From Ignisphaera sp. (GTDB lineage: Archaea; Thermoproteota; Thermoprotei_A; Sulfolobales; Ignisphaeraceae): DNA of 28,328 bases. The translations under genes and the position numbers were made by a program. The number at the start of each line of letters is the position of its first letter. The stretch's first letter is position 1. Positions 1-10,240 of the stretch are shown here, piece by piece. The notes beneath the pieces are model-generated. The model was not told the origin of the DNA, did no database searches, and saw only the letters and a program-made list of their open reading frames with translations. Where the stretch lies: the NCBI GenBank assembly GCA_038889075.1, contig JAWAHS010000018.1, positions 1 to 28,328 on the forward strand. Direction: 5' to 3'.

Positions 1-423
1 TCAGGAGCAGTGCTAATCGCCATCGAATTGCTGACACCCGGTTTTGGAGTTTTTGGCATTGCAGGTACGGTGCTCACGGCTATAGGATTTACACTCACAT
101 CCATATCTATACCCAGAGAGGCCGTCACAGGTCTAGTAATAACAGTTGCAAGCGGCTTAGCATCTCTAACAGGGCTATTTCTATTCATAGCTATAAAGGC
201 CGCCAAGGCTATGAAGATAAGGAGAGTTGAGCTAAGGGAAAGACTAGCCGGCTCCATCGGATATGCTAAAACAGATATAGGTGAAACAAACCCCGGTACA
301 GTCTACGTACTAAACGAAGATTGGACAGCCTACTCAATCAAAGGAACAATTGCAGCTGGAAGCAGAGTAAGGGTAATCCGAGTTGAAGGACTCAAAATCT
401 ACGTCGAGAAACTAGAGGAATAG
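1..423 (+). CDS. nfeD: NfeD-family membrane protein, C-terminal part (5'-truncated by window)
   Basis: Frame is open from base 1. Hydrophobic helices (ELLTPGFGVFGIAG) are followed by an OB-fold-like tail GTVYVLNEDWTAYS...GSRVRVIRVEGLKIYVE typical of NfeD. Confidence 0.8.
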   Translation, partial: SGAVLIAIELLTPGFGVFGIAGTVLTAIGFTLTSISIPREAVTGLVITVASGLASLTGLFLFIAIKAAKAMKIRRVELRERLAGSIGYAKTDIGETNPGTVYVLNEDWTAYSIKGTIAAGSRVRVIRVEGLKIYVEKLEE

Positions 424-712
424 AAAAATAGAAACAATCCTTAAATTAAACACAGCCACAGATCTTCAAGACCACTACATATAGATAGACCCCTGTTGAA
501 ACGTCTACATCATTACAGACAGCAAGGGAATTTGTTACAGATGTAAGTTCTTGGATTTACCAAGGCACTAAGGATATAGCTACCATTAACATCATTTAAA
601 CCCTTACCCACTATGAAATATTCTAGAAGTTCCTTATAGTCTCTTACTATGAAAAATTTATTTTTAAGTATAGGTCATTTAGTTTACTAGATAGCTTGTG
701 GTCCTATTGAGA

Positions 713-1270
713 CTACAACATGTAATCAAAGTTTGTTTCTGCTTCTTTTAGTGATGGACACTTCGCGTCTTTTTCACTTAAGGTAACATCGTTTCTTATT
801 GGCCATGATACCCCGATTATAGGGTCATCCCATTTTATGCATCTCTCGTGTTGCGGACTATACTCCTTCGTGACAAGGTAAAGGAAGTAGGTTTCTTCAA
901 GTGCTTGAAAACCGTGTGCAAATCCTGGCGGTATCCATAGAGCTTTACCTGGTTCAAGTACTACACCAACATATCTACCGAACCATGGTGAACCCCTTCT
1001 AATGTCTACAGCAACATCGTATACCTTTCCGATGATAACGTATACGAGTTTGCCTTGCTCCATAGGTTTAAGCTGGTAGTGTAGACCCCTTACAACACCT
1101 CTTTTTGAATAACTTAGGTTTACTTGGACGAAATCATAGGGAATGTTGTTGGCAAGGAAGTCAGTTCTCTTGTACATCTCTGTAAAGAATCCACGGATGT
1201 CTGGAAACATTACGTATTCAGTTAGTATTACATCTGGTATTTCGAGTCGTTTAAATAATTTAAAAGGCAT
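713..1270 (-). CDS. rmlC: dTDP-4-dehydrorhamnose 3,5-epimerase
   Basis: DxRGFFxE, GVVRGLHYQ, QGKLV, DVAVDIRxGSP, IPPGFAHGF motifs; 185 aa; last gene of the rml cluster. Confidence 0.95.
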   Translation of the reverse strand: MPFKLFKRLEIPDVILTEYVMFPDIRGFFTEMYKRTDFLANNIPYDFVQVNLSYSKRGVVRGLHYQLKPMEQGKLVYVIIGKVYDVAVDIRRGSPWFGRYVGVVLEPGKALWIPPGFAHGFQALEETYFLYLVTKEYSPQHERCIKWDDPIIGVSWPIRNDVTLSEKDAKCPSLKEAETNFDYML

Positions 1271-2174
1271 TTCCTCTACCTCTTTGAAGTTCTAGCCATT
1301 CACTATATAGTACGTCGAGTGAGTCGTTAAGTGTATAAAAGTTTGTTTTTACTAATTCTCTAGCCTTTGAGGTATCAAGGCTCGAGTCCCTCGGTCTTTT
1401 AGCTAAGAACCTTATCTCATTCATAGATATTGGGTCTATTAGCAATTCGTTGAAATTAAACTTTTTTGCTATAGCCTTGGCGAAGTCATGTCTATTGATC
1501 TTCTCTCCAGCTACGTGAAGAACACCCGTATACCTAACCTCAACGATTTCTCTAATAGCTTTAGCTAGCAAAGTATTCAATGTTGGCGATAGCCATTGAT
1601 CTACGAGAGCCCTAACCCTTATCCCCTGGCTAAGGGACTCAATTACGTATCTAGCAAAGTTCTTTCTCCCCATACCAAAGCCGTATATATGGCTCGTCCT
1701 AACAATAGAATAGCTATCTGTAGCTGATTTAACAATGTTCTCTGCTACAAGTTTTGTTAATCCATAGAAGTTTATTGGATTTGGTACATCTTCTTCTCTG
1801 TACATACCCTTCTCACCATCGAATACATAGTCTGTGGATAAGTAGAGGATATAGTTACCCAAATCACCTACCTTCTTAGCTATAGCATAGGTAGCCTCAA
1901 CGTTTATCCTCCAAGCTGATCCCCTATCAGTTTCACATTTATCTACATCCCCCAGAGCTGCTGTATGGATCACTATATCGGGTTTGACCTCATTTAGTAC
2001 ATCTACAAGTTTATCTAGTTCATCAACGAAGTCGAGTTTAATCTTTAAAACATTTTCTGTATCTGGAATTACATGCGAATAGAACTGTGCATATACTTTA
2101 TACCCAGCCCTAGCGAATTCAAGCATAATTTTGTAGCCTGGTGTGCTTGAAGCACCTGTAATGAATACCTTCAT
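1260..2174 (-). CDS. rmlD: dTDP-4-dehydrorhamnose reductase
   Basis: DVDKCE, STDYVFDG, YGLTK (YxxxK), DQWLSPT, AKRPRDSSLD motifs; overlaps rmlC start. Confidence 0.9.
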   Translation of the reverse strand: MKVFITGASSTPGYKIMLEFARAGYKVYAQFYSHVIPDTENVLKIKLDFVDELDKLVDVLNEVKPDIVIHTAALGDVDKCETDRGSAWRINVEATYAIAKKVGDLGNYILYLSTDYVFDGEKGMYREEDVPNPINFYGLTKLVAENIVKSATDSYSIVRTSHIYGFGMGRKNFARYVIESLSQGIRVRALVDQWLSPTLNTLLAKAIREIVEVRYTGVLHVAGEKINRHDFAKAIAKKFNFNELLIDPISMNEIRFLAKRPRDSSLDTSKARELVKTNFYTLNDSLDVLYSEWLELQRGRGNAF

Positions 2175-3184
2175 GGCGGATTCACCACCATATCTACAGG
2201 CTTGATTAATCCATTATTAACAAGCTTGTACCACCAGTCAATTACATGAGTCCAAGGCTCATCATCTATAAGCTTCTCTTGAAGAGCTTTATATACCTCT
2301 CTAGTGCCATCAGCTATGGTATACCTGCAGCTAAAACCAAGAACTTGTCTGATCTTCGAGAAATCAACTACATATGAACGAGTATCGGGTTCTCCATAGA
2401 ACTCTATATTAGGCTCCTTATTCAATGCATTGAATATCTCGTAGGCGATATCTACAACTCGATAGTTTTGCTCATTACTACCAACATTAAAAATCTCATT
2501 GTTTACGATTTCACAGGGAGCCTCTAAAACACTTACTATTGCGTTGACAACATCTTTAATATGTACAATGGGTCTCCTCTGGACACCAGGTCTGCCAACT
2601 CTTATCTTGCCATACTTAAACAGTGTCAAAGTCATAGCATTTACAACTAAATCGAATCTCATTTTAGGGGAATAACCGTAGACTGTGGCTAGCCTTAGAA
2701 TAGTTTTACACAATCCATTTATTTTTTGTATCCCTTGCTCTGCCATGTACTTAGTTTTAGCATAATCCTCTAATGGATTTGGAGGACACGTTTCATCAAC
2801 CACCTTGTTTTGAAAACCATATACACTACAAGTAGATGTAAAAATATACCTCTTAACACCTTTCTTTGTAGCTATCTTAGCAGTTCTCAATGGAGCTAGG
2901 TAGTTTATTTCGTAAAACATTCTTGTATCAATCCTACCTAGTGGATCAGGTTGGGAAATAGCAGCTAAATCAATAATAGCATCGTATCCTACTACTAGAT
3001 CAGGACTATAGGTTCTAACATCAGCTTCAACTATCTTCAGACCTTTTTCGCCAATAAGGTCTAAAAATCCTTTATTTCCGAATAGCATTAAGTCTAATAC
3101 TGTGAGTTCATAGCCTCTTTGTAGTAGCTCTTTGACTAGAACAGAACCTATATAACCGGCACCTCCCGTTATAAATATATGCAT
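2171..3184 (-). CDS. Extended SDR, NAD-dependent nucleotide-sugar epimerase/dehydratase (not a canonical RmlB)
   Basis: TGGAGYIG Rossmann motif, STCSVYG, YAKTK; ATGA overlap with rmlD; lacks RmlB-type ESHVDRS and STDEVYG. Confidence 0.85.
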   Translation of the reverse strand: MHIFITGGAGYIGSVLVKELLQRGYELTVLDLMLFGNKGFLDLIGEKGLKIVEADVRTYSPDLVVGYDAIIDLAAISQPDPLGRIDTRMFYEINYLAPLRTAKIATKKGVKRYIFTSTCSVYGFQNKVVDETCPPNPLEDYAKTKYMAEQGIQKINGLCKTILRLATVYGYSPKMRFDLVVNAMTLTLFKYGKIRVGRPGVQRRPIVHIKDVVNAIVSVLEAPCEIVNNEIFNVGSNEQNYRVVDIAYEIFNALNKEPNIEFYGEPDTRSYVVDFSKIRQVLGFSCRYTIADGTREVYKALQEKLIDDEPWTHVIDWWYKLVNNGLIKPVDMVVNPP

Positions 3185-3210
3185 GCAAACACCATACTAT
3201 ACTATTTCTC

Positions 3211-4275
3211 TCATAAATATACTTTACTATAGTCTGAAATCGCCAGCTTTATATCCCCATGGATTTCCTTTGAGCATGTAATGTGACTATAACTACCAAC
3301 AACACTATTTATAAGTCTAGCCTTGTTGATGTTTATTTCGCTAAAGTCCATCACTAGAGATCTCATTATAGAACCGGAGACAATCTTGGTAGCTTGTTCT
3401 ATGGTTGTGTAGTGTTCAACTACAGCATTCTTCTCTATAACTACGTTATTCCCTATATAAGCCGGGCCATAGACCACACCTTTTACGATAGCATTTTCGT
3501 CAACAATAACTCTACCTTTTATTTCACCCTCAATTTCACCTTTAGTTCTAGGTTCAATCCTGTCTAATAGTAAGTATATGGCATCGAGAAGACCTTCATA
3601 TGTGCCAACATCTTTCCACCATCCAGAGGCTGTAGAGTATGTAACCTTGTATCCTCTATCTATGAACCACTGAATGAGCCCTGTTATCTCATACTCTCCA
3701 CGCCAAGAAGGTTTCAAGGTCTTAAAAGCCTTTTCAACAAGGTCTGGATCTCTAAACATGTAGACACCTACAACAGCCATATCTGATATAGGCTCCTTAG
3801 GCTTCTCCACAAGTTTAACAACTTTGTTGTCTCTTAAGATAGCTACACCAAAATAGCGTGGATCTTTAACCTTAGCTAGAAGAATATGGACATCACTACC
3901 TTCTTCATACCATAGCGTAACATATTCTGCTATTCCATTACTCAGAATGTTATCTCCTAGATACACTATGAACTCCCGATCGAGAAAATTTTCTTCAATA
4001 CCTCTATAAATCGCATGTGCAATACCAAGCCTCTTCTCTTGAACAATGTATGTTATTCGAATGTTGAATTTCGAACCATCGCCTAAAGCTTCTTTAATCA
4101 TATCGCCGAAGTAACCTATGACTAAACCTATATCCTGGATACCCACTGATATAAGATCTTCTATAGGGTACTGAATCATAGGTTTGCCGAGCAAAGGTAT
4201 GAGGTGTTTAGGTCTAGAAAATGTAAGGGGTCTTAGTCTAGATCCTTCGCCTGCTGCAAGAACTAAGCCCTTCAT
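3211..4275 (-). CDS. rmlA: Glucose-1-phosphate thymidylyltransferase, long form with C-terminal beta-helix
   Basis: LAAGEGSRLRPLT..PK, YLGDN, VEKP, RGEYEIT, WWKDVG motifs; hexapeptide-repeat-like C-terminus; 354 aa. Confidence 0.93.
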   Translation of the reverse strand: MKGLVLAAGEGSRLRPLTFSRPKHLIPLLGKPMIQYPIEDLISVGIQDIGLVIGYFGDMIKEALGDGSKFNIRITYIVQEKRLGIAHAIYRGIEENFLDREFIVYLGDNILSNGIAEYVTLWYEEGSDVHILLAKVKDPRYFGVAILRDNKVVKLVEKPKEPISDMAVVGVYMFRDPDLVEKAFKTLKPSWRGEYEITGLIQWFIDRGYKVTYSTASGWWKDVGTYEGLLDAIYLLLDRIEPRTKGEIEGEIKGRVIVDENAIVKGVVYGPAYIGNNVVIEKNAVVEHYTTIEQATKIVSGSIMRSLVMDFSEININKARLINSVVGSYSHITCSKEIHGDIKLAISDYSKVYL

Positions 4276-4621
4276 TACAACGATCCCTGTTCTTTTAGTT
4301 ATACTTGATCACTATTTACTTAGGTTATATAAATTTTTAATAATTCATCGCTATTACGTAGCCAAAACCATTTATAGAATGCAACAGATGGTCTCTATAG
4401 GGTAATCTAGAACTTTAGCTAGATGAAATTGTAGAAGCTAGAACAGGTGCTAAATATATCCATCTAAAGAATAACTTATGTTGAACTTAGTAAAATCTAC
4501 ACAGTTACCATTACAACTTGATATGCAATACATCTAAGGTAATGGGTCAATCTTTTTCATAGAATAATGCAAACTCTGTTAAATATTGTATATTAAAGAG
4601 ACAATAAGAAATAAAATCGTT

Positions 4622-5767
4622 TTATTCTACAATGTAGCTAGAGATATGTTTTTCGAATTCCCTGGTTACAATTTCGACGAAAATTCTCTTAGCTACAATA
4701 GATCCTACACCTAGGATATAGGGCAAGACGATTTGCGTAGAAAGGTTTAACAATGGAGCTTTGTAGATGTCTATGGGTTTTCCCATCTCGTTAACTATAG
4801 CTCTACCCATTTTGATACCATGTACGTAACCCTTATAGACAGCCCATATCAATTCCTTAAATGGATAAGGTTGTTTTCTAGCGACTTTAGATAAACTTGA
4901 GATAGATAAACCTAGAATTGCTCTACCAAGAATTGTGTATACAAAATGTTGTTTTCGTATAAAGTACTTGAATCTACTATTACACACCTCATTTGTGGCA
5001 TAAAATCCCCTGGTAGTATAGTAAAGTTTCATGGGGGAAACCCTGCCAAAAGTAGAAGATCTTCTATGATATGCTACAGGAATAGGACAGCTCATAACTT
5101 TGAATCCAGCATTCCAAAGCTGCAACCCTAATATACAATCATCGAAGTAAGCAAACATCTTATCATAGAATAATCTGTCTCTAAATCCTGTGATTCTCTT
5201 TACAGCGTTTACCTTAAGAAGAGCATAAGCTCCATCAGCATATGTTACATAAAAAATCCTATTTCTAACATCGCCAACGTCTCTACCTTGATAAAGCTGT
5301 CCACCGATAAGCAATTCTGTAAGAATGCCACCTGCGGTATCCACTTTTTTGGTGTCAAGGTCTAGTATTACCCCCTGTGCAGCCCCTACACCATCTATTT
5401 GCTCTGCACATTCAACTAGGGCGTTAATACTATTTTTAAATGGTATTGCATCATTATTCAACAACATAACGTATTTAGATTCTGGATCTCGAGCTCTAAA
5501 ACCAACATTACAACCTCCTGTGAATCCTAGGTTTCTATCTAATCTAATAACCTTCTTCTTAAGTCCTGTTCTTTCTTCGAGAAAGTTACTTATGGTTTCA
5601 AAACTTCCATCACTAGAGCCGTTATCTACAACTATAAGCTCATATCTATTGTTAGGATAATCAAGATCTGCTACTCCCTCAAGAGATTCTAAAACAATAT
5701 CTATTATCTTATTTGAGTTATAGTTAAGCCAAATAATAGAAACTTTAGGTAGCATTATGCCAGTCAC
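4622..5767 (-). CDS. Glycosyltransferase family 2 (true start probably ATG 5755)
   Basis: VSIIWLNYN, VVDNGSSDGS, NLGFTGGCN, LLNNDA, FAYFDD motifs. The GTG at 5767 lies inside the GGTGA RBS. Confidence 0.9.
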   Translation of the reverse strand: MTGIMLPKVSIIWLNYNSNKIIDIVLESLEGVADLDYPNNRYELIVVDNGSSDGSFETISNFLEERTGLKKKVIRLDRNLGFTGGCNVGFRARDPESKYVMLLNNDAIPFKNSINALVECAEQIDGVGAAQGVILDLDTKKVDTAGGILTELLIGGQLYQGRDVGDVRNRIFYVTYADGAYALLKVNAVKRITGFRDRLFYDKMFAYFDDCILGLQLWNAGFKVMSCPIPVAYHRRSSTFGRVSPMKLYYTTRGFYATNEVCNSRFKYFIRKQHFVYTILGRAILGLSISSLSKVARKQPYPFKELIWAVYKGYVHGIKMGRAIVNEMGKPIDIYKAPLLNLSTQIVLPYILGVGSIVAKRIFVEIVTREFEKHISSYIVE

Positions 5768-5845
5768 CTATTCTTATTATCTACTTAAATATAATTAGAA
5801 TTTAAAAACCTTCTCAATCAAGCAATGCATGAAATATCCCTAGAC

Positions 5846-6641
5846 CTAGGGGCTTAACCGTTTTATAAAAACCCCTTCTTTAAATAAAATTTTTGTACCC
5901 ATACAATAAGTTGACCAACATAAAAGTAGAAATCCGTTCTCCTCTCCTTTAAAAGTATTGTCGAGTCTCTTGCTATGTAGTAGCAATGTCAGGGAGATTC
6001 GTAAGGGACAGTGCTGCCTGTGATATCGGATATCACTGGAACCCATTGTGAACTTCCAAGCTTGTAATCTATAGGCTTACATTTTATTAATAGTGTTGAA
6101 TACCCTAGCTCCCTGACCCTAGCATAGAAATCAAAATTGGCTTGATCTGGAAAGAAGTTATCTCTACAACAACTTTTTGCAGCAAACTCACCTTTAACCA
6201 TAGACCCTGCAAAATCACCATATATAACCTCTTGGAGACTACGATCTCCGTCAACAGAGGAGAGTCATATCAATCCTATCTTGCTCTTTGATGTGTTCGG
6301 TACTCTTTCATATATTTGTAATGCTTTATCTATAGCATTATCTAGTATTACTGTATCGTCATCTAGTAATAGAACCTATCTCTGTTTAAAATGGCTGGCA
6401 GCATAGCCAATACCTATTTTCTAGTGTAGGGGCTATTCCTGAGCTAAAGCTCTATCTCTATAAATAGATACACATTTGTTAACATTATTGTACAACCTTT
6501 TAATGAATTCCTTATTTTGTGAATTATTATCTACAACATTAGTTCTACTGATCTGATTCACTACAGAATTGAATATTTAAACAAATCTGCTGAGCTCGAA
6601 TTGTATGTAATAATTATAGTGGGGTACTCATATATCTTCAA
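5846..6641 (-). pseudogene. Frameshifted GT2 glycosyltransferase, rhamnosyltransferase-like
   Basis: Collinear minus-strand fragments IIITYN (~6600), VVDNNS (~6530), VLLLDDDT (~6360), FFPDQANFDFYARVRELGY (~6130), broken by several stops and frameshifts; explains the short ORFs 5989..6201 and 5846..6046. Confidence 0.8.
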
Positions 6642-6964
6642 CCCTAACCAGTGCTCAGTCCATTACAATAATCGGGATTTAACATCGTAGTTAATGTTCT
6701 AGCTGTTCTATAATCTTTTTAAACTATGTAGTAACACCCATATTTATACAACTGGTATTTGGTACGTGTGACTTAGTTAAGAGCTGGAATTTTATCATAG
6801 GTTTTTAATAACTGAACCTATGCTAGAGTTTCTATATACCATAATGTAGAACATTAGCCCATACAACGTTTAAGATACCGCTTAAACTAAAAATATTTGT
6901 ATATGCTATTTCTTCTATTTTTGTTAAATCTAGCTGGACATGTAAATTAACAGCGTTCTCTGTA

Positions 6965-7260
6965 TTACCATCCATACCTTTGTTTTCGTCAACATTAATA
7001 ATGTAACTATGAATTCTCCTAATGTCAGACTATGAACTTTTCCTATTGCTCTACTCAAATAGCAGCTCCGAAGTTCCTTGTCTATTAATAGCTTACCAAG
7101 GTCCTACAACTCTACTGTATTACTACATTTACTACATTCGAATCCATATATATCTGATTTTACGTAAAAATTCTGCATACTCTTAAAAATATGAGTTACC
7201 ATGGGTAGTCCTCCTAGCCATTGCTTCTGCTACTATTATGTTCCACTATACATCCGCTAT
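6965..7260 (-). pseudogene. Remnant of a GT4 (GT-B) glycosyltransferase C-terminal domain; boundaries approximate
   Basis: WNIIVAEAMAR then, after a frameshift, GLPMVTH...YGFE...EL*...LLIDKELRSCYLSRA, matching the EAMAxGxPVV...LLxDxELR pattern. Confidence 0.65.
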
Positions 7261-7462
7261 TCCGTGGAGAGAGCACCTCAGATGAATCTATCTCTACGCC
7301 AGATTTCCTAGGGTTATCGTTTTGTATTGTGAAGATGAACTATTCCAATGATAAATGTGAACCTGTACTAGTTGACAGTAATAGATTTTCTTTAAAATTA
7401 TAAAAGTTATTGATCATTTAGATCGAAACTGTGGTATGCCTTGCAATGCACATATGTAGATG

Positions 7463-7478
7463 AAAATGTTTATATATA
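7463..7478 (+). promoter_or_regulatory. BRE/TATA-like promoter of the GT4 gene
   Basis: AAAATGTTTATATATA about 30 nt upstream of the start codon. Confidence 0.5.
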
Positions 7479-7508
7479 GCCATCATGTTTATATGCTAAT
7501 CAAAGGGG

Positions 7509-8759
7509 TTGTACATGAAGACGCTTGAGATTGTAGATATTTCCCAAAGAAGTGGAGGTTCCTATAGGGCTTTCAAAGTTCTTCAGTATAGAGGTCTTTA
7601 TAACATTGAATGTTACTCTATATTATTAGGAATTCATGAAGATAGGTCTACCTATTTGTCTGCATTACAATCTAGGTGCCGGCCAATTGGCTATGCTTAT
7701 CTAAGAACTAGGTTCAAACGTTCTTTGTTAAGTAGATTACATGAACTTATATCACCTATCGAGGTAGTGTATGATAAGGTGAGCGCTAAGGATGTAGATG
7801 TTGTGATTGGACATCATGAAACAATAGATTGTATTAAGGCGGCTTCGGACATCTCTAATATCTTAAATGTTAGGAAGGTTCTCGTGCTTCAGCTTCCTCC
7901 ATTCTATGGTAATTCTATAAGAAGGAAAAAGATCGAAGATGCGTACATGCTCTATATAGATATGGTTAGGAGGTGGGGGGATGGTATTGGATATGTCCTT
8001 CGATTTCTCAGGAAAGAAATTGATAATATTACTGAAAGACCCTATATAAAAACTCTTTTAAATATTCTCAATAGCTTTGATGTTGTATTAGCAGTTTCAA
8101 AATCAATAGAAATTGATATGGGTTTTACGCTAGGCAATATGGTATCTTTGAAATGTGGTATAGGTTTTGATGAAGATGAAATAGCATTTTTGAGAAGTTT
8201 CAGAGGTAAGAAATCGTATAATGCTGAAGCCAAGAAGGATCTCTATGCAGTATATTCAGCTCGTTTAAGTATATTGAAGGGTGTAGTTGAGGCTCTACTG
8301 GCTACTAGTTACATTAAGAAGAGTTTAACAAACTTCAAGCTCATAATAACAGGTTATGCGACCAAGAGAGCTCTAACAATAATTAACAAGCTTATTAAAC
8401 ATCTAGGTCTTAAGGATAATGTAGTTATAGCAGGTTTCCTGCCTAAAGCTGAAGCCATTAAGTTAAAGGGGAATGCTAAAGTCTCTATATATCCAAGCCA
8501 CGTAGACGCACATCCCTATAGCGTTGCAGAGGCCTTAATTATGGGTACACCTGTTGTCGGATATAGAATACCAGCACTGACTCTAAACTATGGAGATATC
8601 AGCGGACTGTACCTAGTTGACGAAGGAGATATTGAGGCATTGGCTCAAAAAACTCTAGAGGTATTCGAAATGAAGAAGGTTAAGGTAGAGGAGCCGAGGA
8701 TCTGTACGTTGAACGATGTTGTTAGAGAAGAAATAGAAGTACTAAGGTGCCACGTATAA
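7509..8759 (+). CDS. Glycosyltransferase family 4 (GT-B)
   Basis: ARLSILKG and YPSHVDAHPYSVAEALIMGTPVVGY (D-x7-E variant of E-x7-E); start TTG 7509 or ATG 7515. Confidence 0.88.
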   Translation: MYMKTLEIVDISQRSGGSYRAFKVLQYRGLYNIECYSILLGIHEDRSTYLSALQSRCRPIGYAYLRTRFKRSLLSRLHELISPIEVVYDKVSAKDVDVVIGHHETIDCIKAASDISNILNVRKVLVLQLPPFYGNSIRRKKIEDAYMLYIDMVRRWGDGIGYVLRFLRKEIDNITERPYIKTLLNILNSFDVVLAVSKSIEIDMGFTLGNMVSLKCGIGFDEDEIAFLRSFRGKKSYNAEAKKDLYAVYSARLSILKGVVEALLATSYIKKSLTNFKLIITGYATKRALTIINKLIKHLGLKDNVVIAGFLPKAEAIKLKGNAKVSIYPSHVDAHPYSVAEALIMGTPVVGYRIPALTLNYGDISGLYLVDEGDIEALAQKTLEVFEMKKVKVEEPRICTLNDVVREEIEVLRCHV

Positions 8760-9193
8760 ACTTGTAATCAATAGCCTCTTGGTATGCGACTAAGGGATAA
8801 AAACTAAATCAAAGGTGAGGACTTTCTTTTAATGAAATTAATAACGGTCTTGAATCTATATTGTGAATTGTTTTAGTTTTATCAATGATTAATAGAAGCT
8901 CGATACATAACTTTACTGAACTAGGTAAGTTTAATATCGAAACCTTAAATTCAATTCTTCAAAATGATGCAATATAATATGATTAGACTACAAGCTGTAT
9001 TATTTGAAGGTTTCTTTAAGGAATTCTAAAAATGCTTATTGATCATTATTGTATTCTTAGCAGTGGTTAGTTTTAGGGGTTGAAGATGATAACATTTTAA
9101 AGAATTTAATGACTGAGAAAATATGGGGTAAACCGCATCTTTGGCGCGTCTCTTATTATAAAGCTTAAGAAATCTCTAGGATTTTCAAGACCA

Positions 9194-10216
9194 TTATGTG
9201 GTGTGTAGGTATTTTTTAAGCTGATTAAGTTGCTGTATTGTTTCGTTTTTTAGCTTTGTATAAATTTCTTTTGCAGGTTGTGAAGAGCTTATAGCATTGA
9301 TAATAGCATCCTCTACGCTTTTACTGTTCCTTAGATTGTAGAAGTAGGCATAGCCAGCAAATATTCTATACAATGTTTTTGTATACGATAATGCAAGGGG
9401 TTTATTAAAGGCCAATGCCTCCCATGCACTCATTAAAGCTGTGTACTCTCTCTTAGTGCCTGCAACAATGGCTTTAGCACAGCATAGCAACCGATAATAC
9501 TCTTCATCAGGTATATAACCTGTGAAAATAATGTTACTGGATTTATACTTCATCACGATATCTCTATGCTTGTTCGCATTGCCAGTAACATATACCTTTA
9601 TCTTCTTCATTCTCGATAGAACACTTAACACTTCATCTATTGGTTCATCTGGGGCGAAGGACGCAGGAAAGACTACATATTCATGCTCTTCACATACTGA
9701 TGGACAGTATTTCTTAAAATCTTCCAGTAGAAACCATGGATCGTAGACAACGATACATCTTTCTCTTAACCTTGGAGGAACAACCTCTTCATATATGGTA
9801 TGGTTGTGTAGAATTATATTATTGCAGTAACTTAACATAGTGTAGAAGGGTCTATTGAGTATGTATCCTTTAAAGTTGTCATAGACGAGAAAACCTGTAT
9901 GGACATCGACAAAGAGTTTGAATTTGTAGAGCTTTTTAAGGAGAGCTAGTGAAGCTAGAAGAGGTCCCTGTGGAAGTTGTGCTAGAATTGAATTATATCT
10001 TCCTCTCCTAACTATGTTTAGCGTACTTAAGAATGCCCTTAGATATGGGGGTGAATCATGTATGAAAATGGTATCTATACCAAGATATCTAGATAATAGG
10101 ATTGTTCTACGCGATAATCTTCTCCATGCAATAAAGACACTTTTACTAGGTGAGGACCTAGTCCCGTAGAGCATGTCAGACGTAGTGAGATAGAGGGAGT
10201 TGCAGGAGCTCAGCAT
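9194..10216 (-). CDS. GT-B glycosyltransferase (GT4/ALG1-like); start may be a later ATG
   Basis: QLPQGP, VDVHTG, PASFAPDEP, FTGYIPDEEY, WEALAFNKP motifs; 340 aa. Confidence 0.8.
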   Translation of the reverse strand: MLSSCNSLYLTTSDMLYGTRSSPSKSVFIAWRRLSRRTILLSRYLGIDTIFIHDSPPYLRAFLSTLNIVRRGRYNSILAQLPQGPLLASLALLKKLYKFKLFVDVHTGFLVYDNFKGYILNRPFYTMLSYCNNIILHNHTIYEEVVPPRLRERCIVVYDPWFLLEDFKKYCPSVCEEHEYVVFPASFAPDEPIDEVLSVLSRMKKIKVYVTGNANKHRDIVMKYKSSNIIFTGYIPDEEYYRLLCCAKAIVAGTKREYTALMSAWEALAFNKPLALSYTKTLYRIFAGYAYFYNLRNSKSVEDAIINAISSSQPAKEIYTKLKNETIQQLNQLKKYLHTT

Positions 10217-10223
10217 TCTCTCC

Positions 10224-10240
10224 CCCTACTTGAAGTAGGG
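10224..10240. repeat. Perfect 8-bp inverted repeat CCCTACTT-G-AAGTAGGG
   Basis: Read directly from the sequence; overlaps the purine-rich tract just upstream of ATG 10216. Confidence 0.7.

Noticed and set aside
510-675. Start-less minus-strand frame (FIVRDYKELLEYF...)
   Set aside because: No start codon and no diagnostic motif.
4340-4490. Possible GT2 scrap (ATDG...GAKYIHLKNNL) on plus strand
   Set aside because: Too short and fragmented to support.
7121-7138. 9-bp tandem duplication TACTACATT x2
   Set aside because: Two copies only, inside a pseudogene; no sign of an array.
9081-9120. TGAAGA...CTGA pair suggesting a C/D box sRNA
   Set aside because: Too short, AT-rich, no C'/D' boxes or terminal stem.
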